NCBI GenBank assembly: GCA_965214405.1
Contig: OZ243956.1
Coordinates: forward strand, 4,352,001 to 4,416,000
Source of the DNA: Trueperaceae bacterium
GTDB lineage: Bacteria > Deinococcota > Deinococci > Deinococcales > Trueperaceae
Direction of reading: 5' to 3'
Length of the DNA stretch: 64,000 nt
The position numbers and the translations under genes are program-made. This document shows positions 20,360 to 31,636 of this stretch, one piece after another. Each line of letters begins with the position of its first letter. Within the stretch, counting starts at the first letter, position 1. Under the pieces are notes generated by a model. That model ran no database searches and was not told where the DNA came from. It saw only the letters and a list, made by a program, of their open reading frames with translations.

Positions 20360-21343
20360 CTATGACGCCTGGGGTTCTGACTGGGTTTTCTTACCTGGAC
20401 CCTCATCCGCCGCCGTGTCGCCTACGCCTTCCCTTTCACCGCGCCAGGCGAACGCGTAAAAGAGCGCGCCCAAGAGAGCCTGAAAAAGAATCGTCGCCAC
20501 GCGAAAAAGGGCCACGGCGGCGGCGGCGGTGTTGGTGTCTATCTCGGCGGTGCTCGTTAAAAAGCCCACCATCCCCGCCTCGGTCACGCCGACCCCGGCG
20601 GGCAGCCCCGAAAGCCGCCCCAGCATCGTCGGCAGGATGTAGGCCAAAAAGAGCGTGGCGTAGGGGAGGCTGTAGCCGAGCCCGCGCAAGGTCAAATCGA
20701 GCGTCACCACCTTGAGCGCGAAAGCAGCCACGGTGATGCCCAGCGTGATGAGCATGAGCTTGAGCGTCGCCACCTCGAGCACCGCGTCTAAAAAGTCGTG
20801 CCACTTCTCTTTGACAGAAAATTTCCCCGCCACCCAGTCCGCGGCCTTGGCGAGCCCGCGCCGCGTGAAGGGAATGAAGAATATGAGGACCAGCACTCCA
20901 ACGACGCCCAGCAGCATAAACGCGGCGGTTTGCGCGGCGGGAAAAAAGAGCGCCGCGGCGAGCGAACAGACGATGAAGACGACCTGGTCGAGGATGCTCG
21001 AGAACGCAACCGGCGCAGAACTTTTGGACAAGGGCACCCCCGCCTGCTTCATCAGCCCCGCGCGCGCCGCCACCCCGCCGGGCACGAGCGTCGCCGCCTG
21101 CCCCGCCACGTAGCCGCGAAACGTGACGCCCCAGGCGAGGCTGCTCACCGCGGCCATGAGAAACACAAAGCGCCAGCCCTTGAGCGCCAAATAGCCCACC
21201 GAAAGCGCCAGGATAAAGGGTGCAAAAAGATAGTCGAAGCTGGCAAACGCCTCTAAAACCTCGCCGCCATTCAGGTACTTGTACGCCGCAATGCCCAAAC
21301 CAACAAGCACGGCCACGTGAAGCACGTATTTAAGCCATTTCAA
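20360..21343 (-). CDS. Lysylphosphatidylglycerol synthase TM / flippase-like membrane protein (UPF0104)
   Basis: Multiple TM segments and PAGVGVTEAG motif. Confidence 0.8.
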   Translation of the reverse strand: MKWLKYVLHVAVLVGLGIAAYKYLNGGEVLEAFASFDYLFAPFILALSVGYLALKGWRFVFLMAAVSSLAWGVTFRGYVAGQAATLVPGGVAARAGLMKQAGVPLSKSSAPVAFSSILDQVVFIVCSLAAALFFPAAQTAAFMLLGVVGVLVLIFFIPFTRRGLAKAADWVAGKFSVKEKWHDFLDAVLEVATLKLMLITLGITVAAFALKVVTLDLTLRGLGYSLPYATLFLAYILPTMLGRLSGLPAGVGVTEAGMVGFLTSTAEIDTNTAAAAVALFRVATILFQALLGALFYAFAWRGEREGVGDTAADEGPGKKTQSEPQAS

Positions 21344-21855
21344 CGGACCACCTCATAGTAGAAGTAGAATCTCACAGTAAACCCCCACCCAACAACAAAC
21401 GTTACATAAACGGAACTTTAACCCCAGTTAACGAGTCACATTAGCACGCTTTTTTCCCTCCGCAGGTGCAAAGTTCTCACCGAATGGAGCCGTCGCCGCA
21501 GGGTTACCCACGCCATTTTGCCTTTTCCCCGGGGTAGCATCTCGCCTGTGCTGTTTGGAGCTTTTGACCCCGCTCTGTCTGTATCAACGCCCACGTTTTT
21601 GTGGTTCATCGCCGGATGGGCGGCTCGAGCCCCCCGTGACGGCGTTTCTCAAGTTGCTTCGTGCTGACTCCTATTTGACGAGTTGCTGGTATGCAGGAGC
21701 AAGGAGTAGGAAGTAAAGGCGCACGGCTCAGCGCTTTCCGGTCGTCTATAAATGTTTCGTCATCGCCACATGGACCGCGTCTCGTCTGAGCCAGGGCCGC
21801 CATAGGAAGTTTTGGACCTCAATCTTACGAAGGCCCCAGCGCGTTAAGCTGAGTT

Positions 21856-22782
21856 ATGACCTTTTTGCAAGACGAGGACGTTCAAGAGAAGCTTACCTGG
21901 GAACGGGTGCTAGAGGTGCTTGAGGCCGCCTTTCGTGAGCCTGCCAAATTTCAAACACCTGAACGCACCGTGCTGAGAGCGCCCGGCGAGGGCAGTTTTC
22001 TCACCATGCCTTGTGCCGATAACGAGGGCTGGTTTGGCGTTAAACAGGTGTCGGTGCTGCCCGGTAACGCGGCTCGAGGCAAGCCCACCGTCCAGGCCTG
22101 GTACACGCTCTTCGACCCCGAAGGCACCCCCGCCCTCGCCTGCAACGCCACGCTCCTCACCCGCATCCGCACGGCGGGCGCGTCGGCGTTGGCGGCAAGG
22201 GCGCTTCTGCCCAAAACCGCCCGCACGCTCCTCGTCATCGGCACGGGCGCGCTCGCGCCCTGGCTGGCGGAGGCGCACGCGCACGTCCACCCTTACGCGC
22301 GGGTGACCGTGTGGGGCCGGAACGGTGAGAAGGCGGAGGCGACCGCGGCGGAGCTTGGGGGGAGGCTCGAGCGGGAAGTCAACGTCGCCAAGGACTTAGA
22401 GACCGCCATCCGCGACGCCGACACCGTCACCGCCGCGACCACCGCGCGTTCGCCCATCATTAAGGGTGCGTGGCTGCGTCCGGGTCATCATCTGGACCTC
22501 GTCGGCGCGTTTTCCCCCGACATGGCCGAGGCCGACGCCGAGGCCGTCAAACGCGCCGACGTGTTTGTGGACGACCGCGCCGCCTGCATGACGGAAGCGG
22601 GCGACCTCATCCAGGCGCAGGCGCAAGGCTGGTCCTTTGACGGCGTCTATGGCAGCTTGTCCGACCTCGTCACGGGCGAGGCCGGACGCGAAAGCCCCAA
22701 CCGCATCACGCTGTTTAAGTCTGTCGGGCTGGGCCTCGAGGACCTAGCCGTCGCCAAGCTTCTTATACAAACCGAAAAATAA
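21856..22782 (+). CDS. Ornithine cyclodeaminase / mu-crystallin family
   Basis: LTRIRTAGASALAA, GTGALA and FKSVGLGLEDL motifs. Confidence 0.9.
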   Translation: MTFLQDEDVQEKLTWERVLEVLEAAFREPAKFQTPERTVLRAPGEGSFLTMPCADNEGWFGVKQVSVLPGNAARGKPTVQAWYTLFDPEGTPALACNATLLTRIRTAGASALAARALLPKTARTLLVIGTGALAPWLAEAHAHVHPYARVTVWGRNGEKAEATAAELGGRLEREVNVAKDLETAIRDADTVTAATTARSPIIKGAWLRPGHHLDLVGAFSPDMAEADAEAVKRADVFVDDRAACMTEAGDLIQAQAQGWSFDGVYGSLSDLVTGEAGRESPNRITLFKSVGLGLEDLAVAKLLIQTEK

Positions 22783-22842
22783 CTTGAAACCATCCGTCAC
22801 GGAAACACATTTTTCATGAGGAGATATGCAGCTCTTGACTTT

Positions 22843-22873
22843 ACTCACCACTCATTACTCACCACTAATCACT
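22843..22873 (-). repeat. Heptamer tandem repeat (AGTGGTG-like), about 4.5 units
   Basis: ACTCACC ACTCATT ACTCACC ACTAATC ACT. Confidence 0.7.
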
Positions 22874-22935
22874 GCCTCAGCCAAACTAACACCCACGGAA
22901 TATCACTTACCTTCACGCGCCCAGAAGCCCCACCT

Positions 22936-24240
<1,305 letters not shown>

Positions 24241-24367
24241 GGTGAAGCGAATAGGTTGTTCAGCCAGACTTTTGTGCGGTGGCTGGTAAGGGCTGGTAAG
24301 GTTTAAGAACGAGGACGCTAAGGAGCTACGCAACCCTCATCCCACGCGACGCTTTAGGAGGAGGCAC

Positions 24368-25963
24368 ATGAACACGAGCGGCATCCATCACGTGACGGCC
24401 ATCGCGGGCGACCCGCAGCGCAATCTGGACTTCTACGCCGGGTTTTTGGGCCTGCGGCTGGTCAAAAAAACGGTCAATTTCGACGACCCCAACACCTACC
24501 ACCTCTACTACGGCGACGCCTTGGGGCACCCCGGCACCATCCTCACCTTTTTTCCCTGGGCGGGGATGCGCCGGGGGCAGCGCGGGGTGGGAAGCGTGGC
24601 GGCTTTCTCTTTCTCGGTTCCCCGGACGTCTTTGGGCTTTTGGTTGGAACGGCTTTCGGCTCGTAATCTGCGCTTCGATAGAGAGGAGCGCTTTGGCGAC
24701 CCCGTGCTCGCCTTTGACGACCCCGACGGGCTGAGGCTCGAGCTGACCTTTCATGAGAAGGCCGGGGAGGCGGGCGTCACGCCCTGGAAAGAAAATTCCG
24801 TCACCCCGGAACACGCGCTTCGCGGGTTTCACAGCGTCACGCTCTGGGAAGAGAGCGTAGAGGCGACCGCCGCGCTCCTCACCCAACGCCTCGGTTTTCA
24901 GAAAAGCGACACCGACGGCCCACTTCACCGTTACACCATAAGTCACGCGGGGGGTCAAGTAGGGCCGGGACGCGTCGTCGACATCCGCGTGGCCGAAAAC
25001 TTCTGGCCCGGCGTGACGGGCGCGGGCACGGTGCATCACGTGGCCTTTCGCGCGGCGGACAACGCGGCGCAAGCCGCTTTGCAAGAGGAGCTGGTCGAAG
25101 ACGGCCTCGCCCCGACCCCCGTCATCGACCGGCAATACTTTCACTCGATCTACTTCCGCGAACCCGGCGGCGTGCTTTTCGAGGTTGCCACCGACCCGCC
25201 CGGCTTTACCGTGGACGAACCCCCCGAAACGCTCGGCGCCGCGCTCAAACTGCCGCCCCAGTATGAAAGGATGCGACCTCAGCTCGAGGCCTCCCTACCC
25301 CCCCTGCACCTGCCTAGCGGGAACGACAAACCGAGCTTTAACCCGCCTCACCTTGCATTTACTCACCGCTGGCTCCCCAAGGCGGGCGCGACGAAGACCC
25401 TGCTCCTCCTCCACGGCACCGGCGGCGATGAAAACAACCTCGTCTCGCTCGGGGGGGCGCTCGAGCCTCACGCCAACCTGCTGAGCCCGCGCGGTAGGGT
25501 GCTGGAAAACGGGATGCCCCGCTTTTTCCGGCGTCTGGCGGAAGGCGTGTTTGACGAAGCGGACGTAAAAGCGCGCGCCGATGAGCTTGCCGTATTCGTG
25601 ACGCAAGCCGCCAACCTATACGGTTTTGCAGAGGACGACGTGACCGCCGTGGGTTACTCCAACGGGGCCAACATCGCCTCGGCGGCCATGCTCCGCCACC
25701 CCAAGCTCTTCCGCGCCGCCCTACTCTTGCGGCCAATGGTGCCCTTCGAGCCCGAAACCCTCCCCGACCTCTCCGGCGTTCCCATCTTTTTGGGTGCTGG
25801 ACGGCGCGACCCCATCGTTCCCACCGAGAACGTCGAGCGGCTCGCCGAAATGCTCAAAGCAGCCGGAGCCGAGGTCACGCTGCACTGGGAGAACACGGGC
25901 CACGGCCTGAGCGACCGCGACCTTCAGGCCGCCCGTCGTTGGCTGGCTGGGCTCGAGGGCTAG
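24368..25963 (+). CDS. Fusion of ring-cleaving dioxygenase (MhqO/E-like) and carboxylesterase (MhqD-like)
   Basis: GIHHVTA..TVNFDDP..YFREPGGVLFE, then LLHGTGG..GYSNGA in one frame. Confidence 0.85.
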   Translation: MNTSGIHHVTAIAGDPQRNLDFYAGFLGLRLVKKTVNFDDPNTYHLYYGDALGHPGTILTFFPWAGMRRGQRGVGSVAAFSFSVPRTSLGFWLERLSARNLRFDREERFGDPVLAFDDPDGLRLELTFHEKAGEAGVTPWKENSVTPEHALRGFHSVTLWEESVEATAALLTQRLGFQKSDTDGPLHRYTISHAGGQVGPGRVVDIRVAENFWPGVTGAGTVHHVAFRAADNAAQAALQEELVEDGLAPTPVIDRQYFHSIYFREPGGVLFEVATDPPGFTVDEPPETLGAALKLPPQYERMRPQLEASLPPLHLPSGNDKPSFNPPHLAFTHRWLPKAGATKTLLLLHGTGGDENNLVSLGGALEPHANLLSPRGRVLENGMPRFFRRLAEGVFDEADVKARADELAVFVTQAANLYGFAEDDVTAVGYSNGANIASAAMLRHPKLFRAALLLRPMVPFEPETLPDLSGVPIFLGAGRRDPIVPTENVERLAEMLKAAGAEVTLHWENTGHGLSDRDLQAARRWLAGLEG

Positions 25964-26152
25964 CAGGTCTCGAGAGGTCTGTAAAAGCAACCCTCTCACC
26001 AACCGCGGTAGCGACGCTAAAGAGGACATTTTACCTTGAGCTACAGAACCTTGGGGTGTTGGTCTTCTACGCTTTTGAGATAAGATAACCTCTGAAAAAC
26101 AGGTGAGTTTGAATACATAGAGCGAAGTGAGCAGAGATGAATGGGGGAGACG

Positions 26153-26698
26153 ATGATAACGCTTACGAACGAGTCCGAAGTTGCAAGCGCGCAAACCAAG
26201 GGTGGCAAAACGCTCGTCACCTTGGGGGTCAACGGGCAACCGCAGACGTTCGCCGTAGAGTCCCGGCGCGTGCTGCTCGACGCGTTGCGTCATGACCTGG
26301 GCCTCACAGGCACCAAAAAGGTCTGCACGATGGGCAACTGCGGGGCCTGCACCGTGCATTTGGACGGCGAGGCGGTCTATTCCTGTCTGGTTCTGGCGGT
26401 CGAATGCGAGGGCAGAGAAGTCACCACCATTGAGGGCTTGGCCGAGGGCAACGCGCTCGACCCCGTTCAGGCGGCGTTCGTCGAGGCCGACGCCTACCAG
26501 TGCGGCTTCTGCACGCCGGGTCAAATCATGAGCCTCAAGGCTCTGTTCAATGAAACGCCAGAGCCCGACGAAGCGCAAATCACGCGCGCGGTGAGCGGCA
26601 ACTTGTGCCGCTGCGGGGCCTACCGGAACATCCTGGAGGCGGGCAAGCTCGCGGCAAAAAAGGTGGAAAAAGTGGAGGGGGTGCAAAGTGGCAACTAA
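26153..26698 (+). CDS. Xanthine/aldehyde oxidoreductase 2Fe-2S subunit (PaoA/YagT-like)
   Basis: GTKKVC..GNCGACTV, QCGFCTPG and GNLCRCGAY motifs; alternative start at 26141. Confidence 0.93.
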   Translation: MITLTNESEVASAQTKGGKTLVTLGVNGQPQTFAVESRRVLLDALRHDLGLTGTKKVCTMGNCGACTVHLDGEAVYSCLVLAVECEGREVTTIEGLAEGNALDPVQAAFVEADAYQCGFCTPGQIMSLKALFNETPEPDEAQITRAVSGNLCRCGAYRNILEAGKLAAKKVEKVEGVQSGN

Positions 26699-29021
26699 AG
26701 TTCTGGACGTTGACACCAAGAAATCAAAGGACGGCGAGAAAACGCTTCTCACCCCGCAACAAAACGTTCCCGCCGCTTGGGAAAAAGACGCCGAGCTTGA
26801 CGTGGTCGGGCGGGGGGTCTCGAGGCTCGAGGGTCCCGACAAGGTCACGGGCCGCGCCCGCTACACCCACGACGTCCGGCTGCCGGGCCAGCTCTCCGCG
26901 GGCGTGCTGCGGAGCCCCCACCCGCACGCTCGAGTCCTCAGCATTGACACCAGCGCGGCGGAAGCGCTGCCGGGCGTTTACGCGGTCTTGTCGAAAAATG
27001 ACGACTTAGACGTCACCTGGTACAAGGAAAAAACGCCCATCTTCGGTGACACCGTGCGCTTCGTCGGTGACGAGGTCGCCGCGGTCGCCGCCGAGAGCGA
27101 GGAGCGCGTCGAGGACGCGTTGCGGCTTATCGAGGTCGGGTACGAGCCCCTGCCCTTTGTGGTGGACATGACCCGCGCCCTAGATGAAGGCGCGCCCAAG
27201 GTTCACGAGGACGGCAACTTGGCTGAGGAGCCGGAAACGTACGAACGGGGCGACGTAGCGGCGGGCCTGCGCGAGGCCGACGTGGTGATTGACGAGGTCT
27301 ACACCACCCAGACGGCGCTTCATAACGCGCTCGAGAGCCACGGCAGCGTGGCCGATTGGCACGAGGGATTTGGGGGGCAGGGCGACGAACTGACGCTCTA
27401 CGACTCCACCCAGGGCATCTTCGCGGTGCGCGAGGGCATGGCCGAGAAGCTGGGCTTGCCTCAAAACCACATCCGCGTCATCACCGAGCACATGGGCGGC
27501 GGCTTCGGGGCCAAACAGGTGCCCTGGAAGCAAGCGGTGTTCGCGGCGCTCTTGTCCAAAAAGTCGGGCCGCCCCGTGCAACTCATGCTCGACCGCGAGG
27601 GCGAAAACCTCGCCACCGGCAACCGCAACCCGACCCGGCAGCGCGTGCGCTTAGGCGCAAAAAAAGACGGCACTTTAACTGCGCTTTCCGTCGACATCCT
27701 CACGACCTTGGGGGCCTACAGCACCCAGGGCGAGGCGAGCAACGTCGCGGGGCTCTACCAGCACCTGTATAAATGTGAGAACGTCAAGACAGAGCAGACG
27801 CGGGTCTACATCAACGCAGGTCCGTCGGTCGCCTTTCGCGCGCCGGGCTACGTAGAGGCGTGTTTCGCGCTCGAGAGCGCCGTGGACGAACTTGCGCGCA
27901 AGCTTGACATGAATCCTATAGAGCTGCGCCGCAAAAACTACACGGGGCGCGACCAGAAAAAAGACCTGCCCTGGTCCTCCCCCGAGGGCCTGCGCGCCTG
28001 CTATGACCGCTTGAACGAAGCTTTCTTAACAGACTACCAAAAACCGCCCGCCGTCGGCTCCAAACGCCGCGGCGTGGGCGTCGCGGCGCACGAGTGGATG
28101 GGCGGCAAGGGCAGCCCGCCCGCCTACGCGTTTGTCAACATCAACGGCGACGGCAGCGCGGAAGTTCTGACCGGTACCCAGGACATCGGCACGGGCACCC
28201 GCACCGTGCTCGCGCAAGTCGCCGCCGAGGCGCTAGGGCTGCCCCTCGAGCACGTGCGCCTCCACCTCGGCGACACCGCCGCGGGTCCTTACGGCCCGCC
28301 GAGCTCGGGCAGCGCCACGGTGCCGACCGTCGCGCCCGCCGTGCGCGCCGCCGCGCTGGACGCGAAAAAGCAGCTTCTCGAGGCCGCGGCGACGCTGCTT
28401 AACGCCAGTGCCGACACCCTCTCAATAGAAAACGGCAAGATTACGGGCGGCACCGAAACGCTCAAAGTCTCCGACCTCATGCAGCGCCTCTCGCCCCACA
28501 CCATCCAGGGCCACGGCGGGCGCTACGCGAATCCCGAAAGCACCTCCATTCGGCCCTTTGGCGCACAAGCCGCCGAGGTCGAGGTGGACTTAGAAACGGG
28601 CGAAGTGACCGTGCTGCGCGTCGTCTCGGCCCCCGACTGCGGGCGCATCTTGAACCCCAAGCTTGCCCGGAGCCAGGTGATCGGCGGGGTCACGCAGGGG
28701 ATTGGGTATACGCTCACGGAGGCTCGAGTGGTCGACACCAATTTGGGCGTCGTCTTGAACGCCGACCTAGAGGAGTACAAAATCCCAACCGTCGCCGACG
28801 TGCCGCCCATCACCCACGCGGAGGTTGATTTGCCCGACCTCAACGCCAACCCGACGGGCGCAAAGGGCATGGGCGAACTTCCCCTCATCCCCGTCGCGCC
28901 CGCGATTGCCAACGCGGTTTACGACGCCATCGGCGTGAGGTTGCGCGACCTGCCGCTGTCGCGGAGGAGCATTGTAAAAGCCCTGGAAGAAAAAGAGGCG
29001 GAAAAAGGGGTGAACGCGTGA
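26688..29021 (+). CDS. Xanthine/aldehyde oxidoreductase molybdopterin-binding subunit (PaoC/YagR-like)
   Basis: KVTG, MGGGFGAK, AFRAPG, QDIGTG and GAKGMGE motifs. Confidence 0.93.
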   Translation: MATKVLDVDTKKSKDGEKTLLTPQQNVPAAWEKDAELDVVGRGVSRLEGPDKVTGRARYTHDVRLPGQLSAGVLRSPHPHARVLSIDTSAAEALPGVYAVLSKNDDLDVTWYKEKTPIFGDTVRFVGDEVAAVAAESEERVEDALRLIEVGYEPLPFVVDMTRALDEGAPKVHEDGNLAEEPETYERGDVAAGLREADVVIDEVYTTQTALHNALESHGSVADWHEGFGGQGDELTLYDSTQGIFAVREGMAEKLGLPQNHIRVITEHMGGGFGAKQVPWKQAVFAALLSKKSGRPVQLMLDREGENLATGNRNPTRQRVRLGAKKDGTLTALSVDILTTLGAYSTQGEASNVAGLYQHLYKCENVKTEQTRVYINAGPSVAFRAPGYVEACFALESAVDELARKLDMNPIELRRKNYTGRDQKKDLPWSSPEGLRACYDRLNEAFLTDYQKPPAVGSKRRGVGVAAHEWMGGKGSPPAYAFVNINGDGSAEVLTGTQDIGTGTRTVLAQVAAEALGLPLEHVRLHLGDTAAGPYGPPSSGSATVPTVAPAVRAAALDAKKQLLEAAATLLNASADTLSIENGKITGGTETLKVSDLMQRLSPHTIQGHGGRYANPESTSIRPFGAQAAEVEVDLETGEVTVLRVVSAPDCGRILNPKLARSQVIGGVTQGIGYTLTEARVVDTNLGVVLNADLEEYKIPTVADVPPITHAEVDLPDLNANPTGAKGMGELPLIPVAPAIANAVYDAIGVRLRDLPLSRRSIVKALEEKEAEKGVNA

Positions 29022-30004
29022 GACCGTTTGACTACTTGAGCGCTCCCTCCGCCGCCGAGGCCATCCCCCGCCTCAACGCCAGCACCCGCCCCTACGCGGG
29101 CGGCACCGATCTGCTCACCCGCATGAAAGTAGACATCAGCGCGCCCGAAGAACTGATTGACATCAAAGCGTCCGATTTGCCTAAAGGCATCCTCGAGACG
29201 GGCGACGGCCTAAGCTTGGGCGCGCTCACGACGCTCACCGAAATTGAGATGAGTTCGCTGCTCGAGGAAAAATACACGCTGCTGCACCAGGCGGCGTCCT
29301 TGGCCGCGACGCCCCAACTCCGCAACCGCGCCACGTTGGGCGGCAACTTGTTGCAGCGCCCGCGCTGCTGGTACTACCGCAACGCGCACATCGACTGCTG
29401 GCTCAAGGGCGGCGAGACCTGCCCGGCCAAAGAGGGTCAGAACGAACACCACGCGGTTTTCGGGACGGGTCCTGTCAATCCTTGCGTCGCGGTACACCCT
29501 TCCGACTTGGCGTCTTGCCTTACCGCGCTGGACGCTCGAGTCAAGCTGCGCGGGCCGGGGGGCGAGCGCGTCCTCTCTATGACCGATTTTTACAAACCGC
29601 CCGAAGCGGGGCGGCGACAAGAAACGGTGATTGAGGACGACGAACTCATCATGTCCATCGAGGTCCCAGCTTTATCCGAAAACACGACCAGCACCTACCT
29701 CAAGGCGATGGACCGCAAGGTCTGGGCCTTTGCGCTCGTCGGCGTGGCGGCGGTGCTGCGCCTCGAGGGCGGGGTGATTGAAGACGCCCGCCTCGCGCTG
29801 AGCGGCGTCGCCAACATCCCCTGGCGTTTGGAAGATGCTGAAGGAGAACTCACCGGTCAAGAGGCGAGTGCAGACCTGTTCGCCCGCGCCGCCGAGGTCG
29901 CGCTGGCGGACGCGGCGGCGCTCGAGCATAACGCCTACAAAATCCCGCTCGCCAAACGGCTCATCAGGCGGGCGTTGGGGGAGTTGGCGGGGCTCGAGTC
30001 CTAA
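29018..30004 (+). CDS. Xanthine/aldehyde oxidoreductase FAD-binding subunit (PaoB/YagS-like, with 4Fe-4S Cys)
   Basis: AGGTDL and RNRATLGGNLLQRPRCWYYR..C..C..C motifs. Confidence 0.92.
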   Translation: MRPFDYLSAPSAAEAIPRLNASTRPYAGGTDLLTRMKVDISAPEELIDIKASDLPKGILETGDGLSLGALTTLTEIEMSSLLEEKYTLLHQAASLAATPQLRNRATLGGNLLQRPRCWYYRNAHIDCWLKGGETCPAKEGQNEHHAVFGTGPVNPCVAVHPSDLASCLTALDARVKLRGPGGERVLSMTDFYKPPEAGRRQETVIEDDELIMSIEVPALSENTTSTYLKAMDRKVWAFALVGVAAVLRLEGGVIEDARLALSGVANIPWRLEDAEGELTGQEASADLFARAAEVALADAAALEHNAYKIPLAKRLIRRALGELAGLES

Positions 30005-30058
30005 ACGCAACGCGTCCCCCTAAAAAATCCCAAACAAAAAGCACGAAAGGACCCCAAC

Positions 30059-30634
30059 ACGGCAAACGAACTTCAAGGCAAAAAAATCGCCATCCTCATC
30101 GCCCCGGAGGGCACCGAGCAGCCCGAATTTGAAAAGCCCAAAAAGGCTGTCGAGGACGCCGGGGCCACCGTGACCGTTATCAGCTCCAAAACCGGCACGG
30201 TGCAGGCGGTCAACAATGACCTAGAGCCCGGCGACAGCTTTCAGGTAGACAAAACTTTTTCCGACGTGTCCGCCGCCGACTTTGACGGCCTCGTGGTGCC
30301 GGGCGGCTGCGTCGGCGCGGACAAGCTGCGCGGCAACGCGGACGCGGTCGCGCTCGTGCGTTCTTTTTTTGAGCAGGCCAAGCCGGTGGGCGTCATCTGC
30401 CACGGCCCCTGGACGCTCGTTGAGGCGGACGTGCTGAGGGGCAGAAAGCTCACCTCTTATCCCACCCTGCAAACCGACATCCGCAACGCGGGGGGCGAAT
30501 GGGTCGACCAGGAGGTTGTCACCGACCAGGGCCTCGTCACCAGCCGTAACCCGGACGACCTGCCCGCGTTTTGCGCCAAGATTGTCGAGGAGTTTGCTGA
30601 GGGCAAGCACAAGGAGCAAGCCAGGAGCGTGTGA
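30059..30634 (+). CDS. PfpI/DJ-1 family type 1 glutamine amidotransferase-like protein; start codon appears to be ACG
   Basis: Frame extends upstream of 30170 as (T)ANELQGKKIAILIAPEGTEQPEF; ICHGPW and TSRNPDDL motifs. Confidence 0.88.
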   Translation, partial: TANELQGKKIAILIAPEGTEQPEFEKPKKAVEDAGATVTVISSKTGTVQAVNNDLEPGDSFQVDKTFSDVSAADFDGLVVPGGCVGADKLRGNADAVALVRSFFEQAKPVGVICHGPWTLVEADVLRGRKLTSYPTLQTDIRNAGGEWVDQEVVTDQGLVTSRNPDDLPAFCAKIVEEFAEGKHKEQARSV

Positions 30635-30680
30635 GCCGGGGCGTAAGAGCGCTGGGTGGATGCGCAGCCTAAACTTATAA

Positions 30681-30708
30681 AGTGGTGAGTGGCGAGTGGT
30701 GAGTAAAG
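30681..30708 (+). repeat. Heptamer tandem repeat AGTGGTG AGTGGCG AGTGGTG AGTAAAG
   Basis: Read directly from the sequence. Confidence 0.7.
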
Positions 30709-30777
30709 GCAGGAGGCTCATCGCTCGCTACTTTTTGTTCTGCCTTCCGCTCTTGACGGGGTGAGGGATTGACTCTG

Positions 30778-31164
30778 TCACCACAAAACCTGCACGTCGT
30801 AGGCTGGAAAGTGTTCGTCTTTGCTCAGGAGTGTCAGGTTTTCCTCTATTGCCTGCGCGATGATGAGGCGGTCGAAGGGGTCGCGGTGGTGCAAAGGCAA
30901 AGTAGTGAGTCTGCTGAGGTGCGCTTTTTCTATTGGCAGCGGCGTGACGTTCTTAGCCGCGACCTTATCAACGACAAAACTGTCGAATGATGAGCCGAGG
31001 TCGAGCTTGCCGATGGTGACTTTAATGGCTATTTCCCACAAGCTGGCTACGCTCAAGAATGAGTCATTAGCGGTGTCCTCGAGTAGAACGCGGGCTCCTT
31101 CGCTCAGCCTCGGGTCGTCGTTTACAGCCCAGAGCAGCGTGTGCGTGTCGAGTAGTAATCTCAC
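30778..31164 (-). CDS. vapC: PIN-domain (VapC-type) toxin
   Basis: MRLLLDTHTLLW, SVASLWEIAIK and HHRDPFDR motifs. Confidence 0.93.
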   Translation of the reverse strand: MRLLLDTHTLLWAVNDDPRLSEGARVLLEDTANDSFLSVASLWEIAIKVTIGKLDLGSSFDSFVVDKVAAKNVTPLPIEKAHLSRLTTLPLHHRDPFDRLIIAQAIEENLTLLSKDEHFPAYDVQVLW

Positions 31165-31400
31165 TCCATATACTCTTTGAAGTCCTCGAGCGGTTCATCA
31201 AAATCCTCAGACATCCAAATCTCACCCTTCGCGCTGCCGACAAGCCCCCGCTTGCCCGCGCGTGGCTGAGGTTGTGGCGCAGGTACGATTTTGTAGGCGC
31301 TGCCGTCTTCTCGGGTGATGATGACCTCTTCGCCGTCGGCAACTTTAGCCAGGAGTGTCTCGAGCCGTTCTTTCGCCTCTTCCAGCATCACGGTAGTCAT
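31161..31400 (-). CDS. vapB: Phd-like/DUF2281 antitoxin
   Basis: EEAKERLE..GEEVIITR..GSAKGEIWMSEDFDEPLEDFKEYM; 4-bp overlap with the toxin gene. Confidence 0.88.
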   Translation of the reverse strand: MTTVMLEEAKERLETLLAKVADGEEVIITREDGSAYKIVPAPQPQPRAGKRGLVGSAKGEIWMSEDFDEPLEDFKEYME

Positions 31401-31423
31401 AGGGTCATTCTATTATATGAACG

Positions 31424-31636
31424 TTAATCCAGCACATCATCCGGTATCTCAGAGGCGGGAATGAGCACCACTTCCCCGTCGCGCTCGACCGCAACCGGAT
31501 TGCCCGCGAGTTTGTGTCCACGCAAGGCGATTTTGACAGCTTTGGTGAGCGCTGCGGTTACGACTTCAGGATTGCGTAATGCCTCGGCAATCCTCTCGGA
31601 AGTGTTTACGGACGGCTCTTTTGAAGCGTCTGCCAT
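31424..31636 (-). CDS. Small partner protein of the zeta-like ATPase (putative antitoxin)
   Basis: AVKIALRGHKLAGNPVAVERDGEVV, typical of small genes paired with COG4185-type ATPases. Confidence 0.6.
   Translation of the reverse strand: MADASKEPSVNTSERIAEALRNPEVVTAALTKAVKIALRGHKLAGNPVAVERDGEVVLIPASEIPDDVLD

Noticed and set aside
21344..21855. ncRNA or small gene in the 510-bp divergent spacer
   Set aside because: No tRNA, tmRNA, RNase P or SRP signature and no convincing ORF was recognised.
22816..22935. N-terminal extension of purB
   Set aside because: It translates the heptamer repeat spacer; conserved PurB begins at MIDRY (22936).
25964..26140. Moco riboswitch or IS end upstream of the molybdoenzyme operon
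   Set aside because: No recognisable Moco RNA core, no matching second inverted repeat and no transposase.
25721..26848. Long antisense or alternative-frame ORFs (also 24326-25144, 42904-43767, 51997-52992, 62511-63452)
   Set aside because: Shadow ORFs of well-supported genes in GC-rich DNA.
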